A stretch of DNA of 64,000 nucleotides, from the NCBI GenBank assembly GCA_964593365.1, contig CAZQGQ010000002.1, positions 21,671 through 85,670 on the forward strand. The letters run 5' to 3'. Below the pieces are notes generated by a model. The model made no database searches. It saw nothing but the letters and a program-made list of their open reading frames with translations, and was not told the DNA's origin. Below are positions 25,192 through 33,497 of the stretch, piece by piece. The stretch is from an uncultured Candidatus Saccharibacteria bacterium (GTDB taxonomy: Bacteria > Patescibacteriota > Minisyncoccia > Phycocordibacterales > Phycocordibacteraceae). The position numbers and the translations under genes are program-made. Position 1 is the stretch's first letter. Every line of letters starts with the position of its first letter.

Positions 25192-25464
25192 ATGGCACAT
25201 ACAAAAGCCGGTGGATCAGCAAAAAACCTCAACGACTCAAACCCGAAATACTTGGGTGTGAAGCTCGCAGACGGCGCAGCAGCTCGTCCAGGCATGGTTA
25301 TCGTCCGCCAGCGCGGCACCAAGGTTGAAGCAGGCAAGAACGTCAAAGTCGGCAAGGACCACACGCTCTACTCGATGACGACCGGAAAGGTTGCGTTCTC
25401 CGAGAAGCGAAAGACCGGATTTGACGGCCGCGTCTTCAGAAAGAAAGTCGTTAGCGTCGTCTAA
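25192..25464 (+). CDS. rpmA: 50S ribosomal protein L27
   Basis: 90 aa. MAHTKAGGS..N..DSNPKYLGVK ... VRQRGTK. Confidence 0.9.
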   Translation: MAHTKAGGSAKNLNDSNPKYLGVKLADGAAARPGMVIVRQRGTKVEAGKNVKVGKDHTLYSMTTGKVAFSEKRKTGFDGRVFRKKVVSVV

Positions 25465-25470
25465 GACAGC

Positions 25471-25507
25471 TAAAAAGAAAAAGCCCGCATCAAGCGGGCT
25501 TTTTCTT
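25471..25507. terminator. Bidirectional terminator AAAAAGCCCGCatcaaGCGGGCTTTTTCTTT
   Basis: Perfect GCCCGC/GCGGGC stem flanked by A- and T-runs, between the convergent rpmA and rplI genes. Confidence 0.7.
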
Positions 25508-25520
25508 TATCTTCTCTTCC

Positions 25521-25946
25521 CTATTCAGCTTCAACCGTGATGGTGAGCTTGCCGAAATTCTCGCCAAAGGCAACCGGGACTTCAAACGTACCAAGTTCCT
25601 TAAATGGCTTCTCGATGTGGATTGCGTCCTCTGGGAGACTCACACGCTCTGCGATCTCTTTTGCATCAACGGCATCATAGAGATGACCCTTCTCGTTTGC
25701 CTTCTTGATGAAGACGATGCGCTCTTCTGCGAGGGCTGCGAGGCGTTCCTCGATAAGCTTGGTATCAAGCTCACGGCGCTCCTGAACCTGCTTATGGCGC
25801 ATCTCAGCATCTTTGAGAGCTGCTGGGGTTGCCGCAATAGCGAGCTTGCGAGGGATCAAAAAGTTAATAGCGTGCCCGTCTTTGACGTCCACGACCGAAT
25901 ACGCCTTTCCCGTTTTCTTGATGTCTTTAAGCAGTACGACTTTCAT
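25521..25946 (-). CDS. rplI: 50S ribosomal protein L9
   Basis: 141 aa. MKVVLLKDIKKTGKAYSVVDVKDGHAINFLIPRKLA. Confidence 0.85.
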   Translation of the reverse strand: MKVVLLKDIKKTGKAYSVVDVKDGHAINFLIPRKLAIAATPAALKDAEMRHKQVQERRELDTKLIEERLAALAEERIVFIKKANEKGHLYDAVDAKEIAERVSLPEDAIHIEKPFKELGTFEVPVAFGENFGKLTITVEAE

Positions 25947-25990
25947 AGTCCGCCCATCCTACCCTGTCCCCCTAAGGTTCGCAACTGAAT

Positions 25991-26023
25991 AACAAAAGGC
26001 CGCCTACGAGTGAAGCGGCCTTT
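25991..26023 (-). terminator. Hairpin GGCCGC-ctacgagtgaa-GCGGCC with a T-run on the minus strand
   Basis: Minus-strand reading gives the stem followed by TTTTGTTATT, 27 nt past the stop of ORF 26050..26307. Confidence 0.5.
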
Positions 26024-26049
26024 CGCTTCGTATTCGTAGTAGCGGCCTT

Positions 26050-26307
26050 TTACGCTGCCAGCGCTTCTCGAGTGTCGAAACTAAAGGAAGTCTGACGTTC
26101 CGTTACCACGGCGCTATTGGGGGTTGGGCTGTGCTGGCATCGTTCGTGCTTTCTATAAGTCATCACGAGCTGTTTTCTGCCAGGAACCTTCTTCCCCTTG
26201 AACACCGTTTTGACGTACGTCTCTCCCACCTCAATCATGTGCGAGCAGCGATCGCAACGATACTCAATCGCTGCGGTATGCCGGGTTTCGCTTGGCTTTT
26301 TGGGCAT
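26050..26307 (-). CDS. Hypothetical small Cys/His-rich protein (85 aa)
   Basis: CDRCSH ... ERCQH zinc-ribbon-like spacing. Has its own terminator. Confidence 0.4.
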   Translation of the reverse strand: MPKKPSETRHTAAIEYRCDRCSHMIEVGETYVKTVFKGKKVPGRKQLVMTYRKHERCQHSPTPNSAVVTERQTSFSFDTREALAA

Positions 26308-26362
26308 AGCAGTTTCCCCTCGACAATGGAGGAATCCTAGACCCGAAGGGCCTTGTGGTCAA

Positions 26363-27622
26363 TTATTTTCCTGTTGTAAGAAACTGTACGGCTCGATCGC
26401 GCTGCGGATCCTTGCCTGCCTCCGTGTCTGCTTGGGAGCGCTCGACGACAATGTCTGGCGTAAGACCTCCGTCTGAAATAGAGCGACCTGAAGGAGTGAG
26501 CCATTTAGCGATCGTGATTTTGAGGGATCCTCCACCGATGTCGACAAGTTCCTGAACCGATCCCTTGCCGTATGAGTTAACGCCGATCAAAGTCGCAACG
26601 TCAGTGTCCTGGAGCGCGCCTGCAAGAATCTCAGAGGCTGATGCTGAGCCATGGTCTATAAGAATGGCGATCGTGGTCCCGTTTGGAATGCCGCCGGTAC
26701 CGCGGGAGCGCTGGATGACGTCTTCTTTCGCTCCTTCGTAGTCTTCTGTCACGATCACTTCGCCCTCAGGAAGGAAGTGGCTTGCTGTTGAGACAGCCGC
26801 GGCAAGGTAGCCTCCTGGGTTTCCGCGAAGGTCGATAAGAAGGCGGTGCGAACCTGAAGCGCGGAACTCGGCGAGTGCGCGCGTGAACAAGGATCCTGAG
26901 TTTGCGCTAAAGCTGTAGAAGGAGATGGTGTAGACGTTGTTTATAGGATCAAGCGAGGATTCGATGATCGGCACCTGGATGGTTGCCCGGGTAACAGTAA
27001 TCTCAAGCGTCTCACCTGCGCGAAGCATGCGGAACGTGATGGGCGTCCCTTCCTTGCCACGAATCTTCTTGACCGCCTCTTCAGTTGAAGAGCCGTCAGT
27101 AGACACGTCATCTATTGCAAGAATGAGGTCGCCAGCGCGAACGCCCGCCTTTTCTGCAGGGGTTCCTTTGAGTGGCGCAATGACTGTCAGCACTCCTTCC
27201 TTGTTAAGCCCGATCTCCATTCCTACGCCGCTGAAGTTCCCAGCGATATCCTCGGCAAAGAGCTTTGCCTCGTCCGGACGGAGAAACACCGTGTATGGAT
27301 CGTTATAGCTTTGCGCTAGCCCATCGATAGCTCCCCAAAGCTTTTCTCGTGCGTTAGGAATGGTCGTCGAAGCGTGCGTTTCGACGAAGCGGGTATCGAG
27401 CACGTTCCAGGCCTTCCAGAAATCAGAGAGATCAACTGAAAGATCCGGAGTCGGATCAAGGCCGCCGTTCAACAGTGGGATATCTGAGAAGACTTTGGTG
27501 CCAGAAGCCCCCACCGAAAGCCCTCCGACAAAGCCAAGCGCGGCAACGATTGCACAGAGCGCCGCAATTCGAGCGATACCCATCATAAAGGTGGGACGCT
27601 CGTGCTTCTCAGAGTCAGTCAT
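26363..27622 (-). CDS. ctpA: Carboxyl-terminal processing protease, S41 family
   Basis: 419 aa. N-terminal TM, PDZ region, LIDLRGNPGGYL and GSASASEILAGALQD motifs. Confidence 0.85.
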   Translation of the reverse strand: MTDSEKHERPTFMMGIARIAALCAIVAALGFVGGLSVGASGTKVFSDIPLLNGGLDPTPDLSVDLSDFWKAWNVLDTRFVETHASTTIPNAREKLWGAIDGLAQSYNDPYTVFLRPDEAKLFAEDIAGNFSGVGMEIGLNKEGVLTVIAPLKGTPAEKAGVRAGDLILAIDDVSTDGSSTEEAVKKIRGKEGTPITFRMLRAGETLEITVTRATIQVPIIESSLDPINNVYTISFYSFSANSGSLFTRALAEFRASGSHRLLIDLRGNPGGYLAAAVSTASHFLPEGEVIVTEDYEGAKEDVIQRSRGTGGIPNGTTIAILIDHGSASASEILAGALQDTDVATLIGVNSYGKGSVQELVDIGGGSLKITIAKWLTPSGRSISDGGLTPDIVVERSQADTEAGKDPQRDRAVQFLTTGK

Positions 27623-27655
27623 TCTAAAAATTATACCACACGCCGCTTTTGAAGC

Positions 27656-28600
27656 GTGTACAAGAACGGTATACTGTCACTCATGACAACACGGCATGAG
27701 CGAGGATCGGTCACCTGGGTCGACTTGGAATCCCCAACACGCGAAGAGCTGCATGCGGTGATCGAGGAATTTGGCATCGATGCCCGTATCGAAGCGGAAA
27801 TCGTCTCCCCGACCCCCTATCCACTGGTCGCAACCTTCCCTACCTACTCGTATCTGATCCTTCACTTCCCTACCGCAGACGCTACCTGCGGCACCCGCAA
27901 CCAGGAGGTCGATATTATCGCTGGTAAGAACTTCCTCATTACCGCCCGTTACGAAGTGGTGAGCTGCATCCATTCCCTCCATAAGGCGTTTGAAGCGGAA
28001 ATACTCCTTAGTGCCCCGAGCAAGGAATCAGACACCTCATTCCTTCTGGAGCGCGTTATGCGGCACCTGTACTCAAGCATGCGCGAGGAGATCGAGCAGG
28101 TCGCACGAACCCTGGATCGGATCGAAGGCGACATCTTCGGAGGCTCAGAGCGCAAGATGGTGCGCGCCATCTCTGAAGTCGGGCGCATCTTGCTCCGCTT
28201 TGATACGACACTCGCCAGGCACGAGGAGCCTCTTTCAGAATTCCTCCTCGAACTCCAGGCCCCTTCTATTCTTGGTAAGAAACTCGGAGCTTCTGCTTCT
28301 CACATCGAAGGAGAACGCTCCCACGTGGCAGCCCTTGTCGCTTCCTACCGCGCAGTCGCCCGTGAGCTTCGAAGTACCAACGATTCGTTGCTTTCAACGT
28401 CTCAAAACGACGTGATGCGAATCTTTACCGTCATCAACGTGGCGATCCTCCCGCTTGCCCTTATCGCAGCGCTGTTTGGCATGCACGCGAAGCATCCTCC
28501 GATACTTGGTACGCCCCATGACTTCTGGATTATCATCGGCCTCATGGTACTTGTTGAAGTGCTTATGCTTCTCTTCCTTCGACTGAAGCGTTGGATCTAG
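27656..28600 (+). CDS. corA: CorA-family divalent cation transporter (GMH variant of the GMN motif)
   Basis: 314 aa. Large cytoplasmic domain plus two C-terminal TM helices with FGMHAKHP in the loop position of YGMNF. Confidence 0.65.
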   Translation: MYKNGILSLMTTRHERGSVTWVDLESPTREELHAVIEEFGIDARIEAEIVSPTPYPLVATFPTYSYLILHFPTADATCGTRNQEVDIIAGKNFLITARYEVVSCIHSLHKAFEAEILLSAPSKESDTSFLLERVMRHLYSSMREEIEQVARTLDRIEGDIFGGSERKMVRAISEVGRILLRFDTTLARHEEPLSEFLLELQAPSILGKKLGASASHIEGERSHVAALVASYRAVARELRSTNDSLLSTSQNDVMRIFTVINVAILPLALIAALFGMHAKHPPILGTPHDFWIIIGLMVLVEVLMLLFLRLKRWI

Positions 28601-28603
28601 CGT

Positions 28604-30040
28604 ATGTGGCCGTTTAGCAAAGAGAAGCGAAAAGGTCCTGGAGCACCCATATTCCTTACCAACACGCTTTCGGGAGACAAGGAACGATTCTCCCCTCTTA
28701 AGGCCGGAAAAGTGCTGCAGTACTCGTGCGGACCGACCGTCTACGGCCCCCAACATATCGGCAACCTTCGAGCTGCTGTCTTCTCTGACACCCTTGCCCG
28801 CACCCTTACGTTGGGCGGATACAAAGTGCGCCGGGTAGTTAACATCACGGACGTCGGGCACATGGTCGGAGACGGAGACGAAGGAGAGGACAAGATGCAA
28901 GTGGGAGCTAAGCGCGAGAACGTGCGTCCGGAAGAAATCGCAGAACGCTACACCAAGCAATACTTGGGAGACATCAAGGCGCTCAACATCAATACGGATT
29001 CTATCCTCTTCCCGCGGGCAACCGAGTACATCAAGGAGCAAATAGCGATGATCGACGCTCTTGAAAAGAAAGGACTTGCCTACCGTGCTGAAGACGGCGT
29101 CTATTTTGATACGAAGAAGTTTCCTGATTACGGAAAGCTCGGCGGGATTATGGACGTGAAGCTCATGGCCGGAGCGCGCGTGAAGATGATCAGCGGCAAG
29201 CGAAACATCCATGACTTTGCGCTTTGGCGCTTTGCAAAGAAAGGAGACCTACAGGTATGGGGCTCTCCGTGGGGACCCGGAAATCCCGGCTGGAGCATCG
29301 AATGCTCTGCGATGGCACGCGCGCTTCTAGGCGAGACGATCGACATACACACAGGAGGCGAAGACCATGTAGGCGTTCACCACAACAATGAGATCGCACA
29401 GTCTGAAGGAGCAAACGGCAGGCCGCTCGCTCGCTACTGGCTCCACAATGCCTTCCTTACTATTGAAGGAGAGAAAGTTTCCAAGTCTCTCGGAAACATT
29501 TACGTACTTGCCGACATCACCGCAAAGGGATTCGATCCACTCGCGCTCCGTTACTTCTTCATGCAGGCTCATTACCGCTCCTCACTCTCCTTCTCCTTCG
29601 AAGCGCTTCAAGCCTCTGCAGAAGGACTGACTCGCCTCCAGCGCAGCGCAGCGCAAATCCAAAAGAGGGCTGGTGGACGCGAAAGCGAATCAGATGTGAG
29701 GCAGAAGATAGACACCCTTCTCAAAGACGACCTTGGGACTCCTAAAGCCCTTGCCTGCCTCTGGGAGGCGCTTGGAAGCGACGAGCTTACCGACCGAGAG
29801 AAATGGGGCGCTATCGTGACTGCAGACGCGGTTCTTGGCCTTTCCTTGGGCTTTTCGGAGAACACCCTATCTCTTTCAGAGCTTCCAGAAGACCTCCAGA
29901 CGCTTGCGCAGGAGCGTGAGCAGGCTCGCAAAGCCAAGGACTTTGCCCGCTCGGACGAATTACGTATCCACTTATCAAACCGGGGATATCATGTGGAAGA
30001 CACCCCTTCCGGACCCCTCTTCAGCAAAAGCACGAAGTGA
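28604..30040 (+). CDS. cysS: Cysteinyl-tRNA synthetase
   Basis: 478 aa. CGPTVYGPQHIGN (HIGH-motif variant HIGN), Cys-binding region, KVSKSLGN (KMSKS). Confidence 0.88.
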   Translation: MWPFSKEKRKGPGAPIFLTNTLSGDKERFSPLKAGKVLQYSCGPTVYGPQHIGNLRAAVFSDTLARTLTLGGYKVRRVVNITDVGHMVGDGDEGEDKMQVGAKRENVRPEEIAERYTKQYLGDIKALNINTDSILFPRATEYIKEQIAMIDALEKKGLAYRAEDGVYFDTKKFPDYGKLGGIMDVKLMAGARVKMISGKRNIHDFALWRFAKKGDLQVWGSPWGPGNPGWSIECSAMARALLGETIDIHTGGEDHVGVHHNNEIAQSEGANGRPLARYWLHNAFLTIEGEKVSKSLGNIYVLADITAKGFDPLALRYFFMQAHYRSSLSFSFEALQASAEGLTRLQRSAAQIQKRAGGRESESDVRQKIDTLLKDDLGTPKALACLWEALGSDELTDREKWGAIVTADAVLGLSLGFSENTLSLSELPEDLQTLAQEREQARKAKDFARSDELRIHLSNRGYHVEDTPSGPLFSKSTK

Positions 30041-30054
30041 TACTATGAGCCGTA

Positions 30055-31419
30055 ATGGCTTCTGACCCCACGCTTCGCGTTCCTCCCCAAAGTCTTGATT
30101 CCGAGCGTGCGCTTCTCGGTTCCCTACTTCTAAAGCCCGACGCACTTCACGACGTTGCTGATACGGTCCGCGCTGATTCTTTTTACGCGGAAAAGCACAA
30201 GCTTATTTTCGAAGCGATGCGCGATCTCTCTGACCGCGGGGAGCCTATCGATCTCCTCTCCCTTTCAGAGCGCCTCACCGGTAACGGAGCGCTCGAGCGC
30301 GCAGGCGGCAGAGCCTACATCGCGGAGCTTGCAAACGCAGCTCCGGCTCCTGGAAACTACGCTCACTACGCAGAACTAGTAGCGCGCAAGCACGTGATGC
30401 GCTCATTGATCGATGTCTCGTACACGATCACTGAAAGCGCGTATGACGAAGGACGCGAAGCGGCCGAGCTTCTGGATGAGGCTGAAAAACAAATCTATGC
30501 GATCGGGAACGGCATGTCTTCGCATAAGTTCACCGCAATCTCCGACAAGCTTGGAGACGCGTGGGATCGCATCGAGGCGATGTCCAAGAAAGAAGACGGC
30601 ATCCGCGGCGTGCCAACTGGATTCTCAGGACTCGACAGTCTTCTCTCCGGTCTTCACCCGTCTGACCTCGTGATTCTTGCCGCACGACCTTCGGTCGGTA
30701 AGTCATCCTTGATGCTCGATATCGTGCGCCATGCTGCCGTGCATCACAATGTCCCAGTCGGTATCTTCTCGCTTGAAATGAGCTCGGAGCAGCTTATCGA
30801 TCGCATGCTCTCAGCAGAGTCGTACGTGAACGCATGGAAGATCCGCACCGGAGCCATCAAGGAGGAGGAAGATTTCGCAAGGATTCGTGACGCATTGGAG
30901 ACCCTATCCAAGGCTCCTATTTATATAGACGACAAGCCAGGCAACAACATCCTCGCCATGCGCGCGGTAGCCAGGCGCTTGAAGCGCGAACGCGGTATCG
31001 GGCTCATTGTCGTTGACTACCTCCAGCTCATGGCCCCCGTTGGCGCTAAAGCTTCAGATTCCATGGTGCAGCAGGTCACGGAGATCTCTCGCTCCCTGAA
31101 GCAGCTTGCTCGTGAGTTGAATGTGCCGGTGCTTGCTCTCTCCCAGCTTTCCCGTGCCGTCGAACAGCGAGGCGGTAAGCCGCGCCTTTCAGACCTTCGC
31201 GACTCAGGCTCGATTGAGCAGGACGCTGACGTTGTTATGTTCATCCACCGAGACGACAAGCGTAACCCTGATTCGGATCGCCCGAACATCGCTGAGATCC
31301 TTATCGAGAAGCATCGCAACGGTCCGACCGGCAAAGTCGATCTCTACTTTGATGAGAAGCGCGCAAGCTACCAGTCCGTGGACACCAAGGGATACGGCGA
31401 GCTCGCTAACGAATTTTAA
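30055..31419 (+). CDS. dnaB: Replicative DNA helicase
   Basis: 454 aa. Walker A ARPSVGKSSLMLD, Walker B LIVVDYLQLM and the DnaB N-terminal domain. Confidence 0.9.
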   Translation: MASDPTLRVPPQSLDSERALLGSLLLKPDALHDVADTVRADSFYAEKHKLIFEAMRDLSDRGEPIDLLSLSERLTGNGALERAGGRAYIAELANAAPAPGNYAHYAELVARKHVMRSLIDVSYTITESAYDEGREAAELLDEAEKQIYAIGNGMSSHKFTAISDKLGDAWDRIEAMSKKEDGIRGVPTGFSGLDSLLSGLHPSDLVILAARPSVGKSSLMLDIVRHAAVHHNVPVGIFSLEMSSEQLIDRMLSAESYVNAWKIRTGAIKEEEDFARIRDALETLSKAPIYIDDKPGNNILAMRAVARRLKRERGIGLIVVDYLQLMAPVGAKASDSMVQQVTEISRSLKQLARELNVPVLALSQLSRAVEQRGGKPRLSDLRDSGSIEQDADVVMFIHRDDKRNPDSDRPNIAEILIEKHRNGPTGKVDLYFDEKRASYQSVDTKGYGELANEF

Positions 31420-31421
31420 TC

Positions 31422-32021
31422 ATGGACCGGGTTGAGGAACTTGCGCGTGCGTTCGAACGATTTCCTGGGATAGGCCCTCGGCAGGCACGACGCTTCGTGT
31501 ACTTTCTCCTTGGCACGTCCCAAAGCGATCGCGCGAAGATCGCTTCCCTGCTGACCGATCTTAGTAAGGATGTGAAGCAGTGTCCTGAATGCATGCGCTA
31601 CGCCAACGGGGGCGCGGCCGTCTGCTCCTACTGCGCAGACACGTCTCGGGATGATTCCGTTCTCATGCTCGTCGAAAAGGACCAGGATCTTCTTGCGCTT
31701 GAGCGTGCTGGTACCTACAAGGGACGCTACTTCGTGCTTGGGGGCGTGCTCACGCTTTCTGGTAAGGGTGTGATCCGAGAGAAGGAGCTTATGAAAGCCG
31801 TTGAACGAAGATCAAAGAATGGCCTTACGGAGATTGTTCTCGCTCTTTCCGCGACAAGCGAAGGAGAGAATACCGCCGACCATCTTCGTGAATCCCTCCG
31901 ACAGTATCGGGACACGATTAAGCTCACCAAGCTTGGCCGGGGCCTCGCAACGGGATCCGAGCTTGAGTACTCAGACGCAGAAACGCTCTCGGGAGCGCTT
32001 CAAAACAGAAAGGAGACGTAA
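31422..32021 (+). CDS. recR: Recombination protein RecR
   Basis: 199 aa. HhH (FPGIGPRQARR), C4 zinc finger CPECMRYANGGAAVCSYC, Toprim. Confidence 0.88.
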   Translation: MDRVEELARAFERFPGIGPRQARRFVYFLLGTSQSDRAKIASLLTDLSKDVKQCPECMRYANGGAAVCSYCADTSRDDSVLMLVEKDQDLLALERAGTYKGRYFVLGGVLTLSGKGVIREKELMKAVERRSKNGLTEIVLALSATSEGENTADHLRESLRQYRDTIKLTKLGRGLATGSELEYSDAETLSGALQNRKET

Positions 32022-32051
32022 ACGAAAAACCCGCCTTCTGGCGGGATTTCG

Positions 32052-32384
32052 TTATGCGACTGAATCGACTTTCACTTTGATATACGGCTGGCGGTGTCCG
32101 CGGCGTTTCAAGTAGCGGCTCTTTGCCTTGTACTTAACGACGTCGATCTTCTTGGCGCGGCCAACGATCTCTACCGTTGCTGTAACCGATGCTCCCTTAA
32201 CAAAAGGGGTGCCGATAACGGCAGTCTTTCCGTCGTCTGTCATGAGCACTTCGTCGAAGGTGACTGAGTCCCCTTTCTTCAAAGCTTGGGTATTGATACC
32301 CCGACCGAGCTTCTCGATGTTGATTTGGGTGCCCTTAGAGACGACATACTGCTTGCCGCCGGTCTTGATGACTGCCAATTCCAT
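32052..32384 (-). CDS. rplU: 50S ribosomal protein L21
   Basis: 110 aa. MELAVIKTGGKQYVVSKG..I.IEKL. Confidence 0.85.
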   Translation of the reverse strand: MELAVIKTGGKQYVVSKGTQINIEKLGRGINTQALKKGDSVTFDEVLMTDDGKTAVIGTPFVKGASVTATVEIVGRAKKIDVVKYKAKSRYLKRRGHRQPYIKVKVDSVA

Positions 32385-32444
32385 AGTCCCCGAAGAGTAC
32401 CCTAGACCAGGGCTAAAAGCAAGGTAGCGGGCCCTTTCTAAGGG

Positions 32445-33497
32445 TTATTCAGCCTCGTCAGCTCGGGGCTTTTCGAGGAGCGTGGCCTCAATCCCGGCCT
32501 TAGACTCTGCAATCCGGTATACGTCCTTATCTATCTTCCCAAGCTCCTTATATCCGGCGTTGTAATGGGAGACGGTGGTCTCCAGGGACTTCCCGAGTTT
32601 CTTGTAGTACTCCTCATAGGAGCCTATGTGCTTGCCCAGTTCCCCGACGCGCTTTTGTATCTCTACGGCTTTCTGCTCGATCTGGAGCGCCTTCAGGCCC
32701 TGCATAACTGTCTGCAGATAGGCGAGGAAGGAGGTTGGCGAGACGATGATGACCTTGTCTTTGGATGCTGCACGCTGGATGAGGTTCTCTTCCTCCCCTG
32801 CTCCCACCGAGTTTATAAGAAGCTCATAGTAGATGCCCTCGCTTGGGATGAACATGAACGCGAAGTCCATCGTTCCTTCGTCAGGACGGATGTATTTTGC
32901 CGTCTCGTTGATACGGAGTTTCAGGTCGTTCACGAATGCCTTCTCAAGCGTGATGCGCTCGACTGGGTCGGTCGTTGCGGCAAGGCGGTTGTAGTTTTCA
33001 AGCGAGAACTTAGAGTCGATCGGCACTACCTTATCATTGACGAAGACTACAGCGTCCACGATCTCTCCGTTCTTAAACGGATACTGCATCCGGAACATTC
33101 CCGGCGGAAGCACATTCTTCAATACGGTCTCAAGAAAATACTCCCCAAGGACACCTCGCTGCTTAGGGTTTTTGAGAATATCCTGCAGAGACTGCATTTG
33201 CTCTGCGAACTTCCCTGTCTGCCGCCCGATCTCTTTGACGGAGGTCAGCTCCTCGGTCATTTCCTTAATGAGGCGCGATGATTCTGAAAGCTGTACCCGC
33301 ATCGTCTCGTGCACTTGCTTGGAAGACTCGTTCATTCTCGAGTCGAGCGTGCGCTCGAGGTTCTCCATCTGCTTTTGGATAAGGAAGAGGCTATCGGGGG
33401 CCTTCGCTTCCTCCTTGCGGCGCAACATGATCCAGAGTCCTATGCCCTGCAAGAAGAGGAGCGTTAGAACGATGATGGCGATCCAAAAGAGGCTCAT
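32445..33497 (-). CDS. rmuC: DNA recombination protein RmuC
   Basis: 350 aa. N-terminal TM, long coiled-coil, RmuC C-terminal nuclease-like domain pattern. Confidence 0.75.
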   Translation of the reverse strand: MSLFWIAIIVLTLLFLQGIGLWIMLRRKEEAKAPDSLFLIQKQMENLERTLDSRMNESSKQVHETMRVQLSESSRLIKEMTEELTSVKEIGRQTGKFAEQMQSLQDILKNPKQRGVLGEYFLETVLKNVLPPGMFRMQYPFKNGEIVDAVVFVNDKVVPIDSKFSLENYNRLAATTDPVERITLEKAFVNDLKLRINETAKYIRPDEGTMDFAFMFIPSEGIYYELLINSVGAGEEENLIQRAASKDKVIIVSPTSFLAYLQTVMQGLKALQIEQKAVEIQKRVGELGKHIGSYEEYYKKLGKSLETTVSHYNAGYKELGKIDKDVYRIAESKAGIEATLLEKPRADEAE

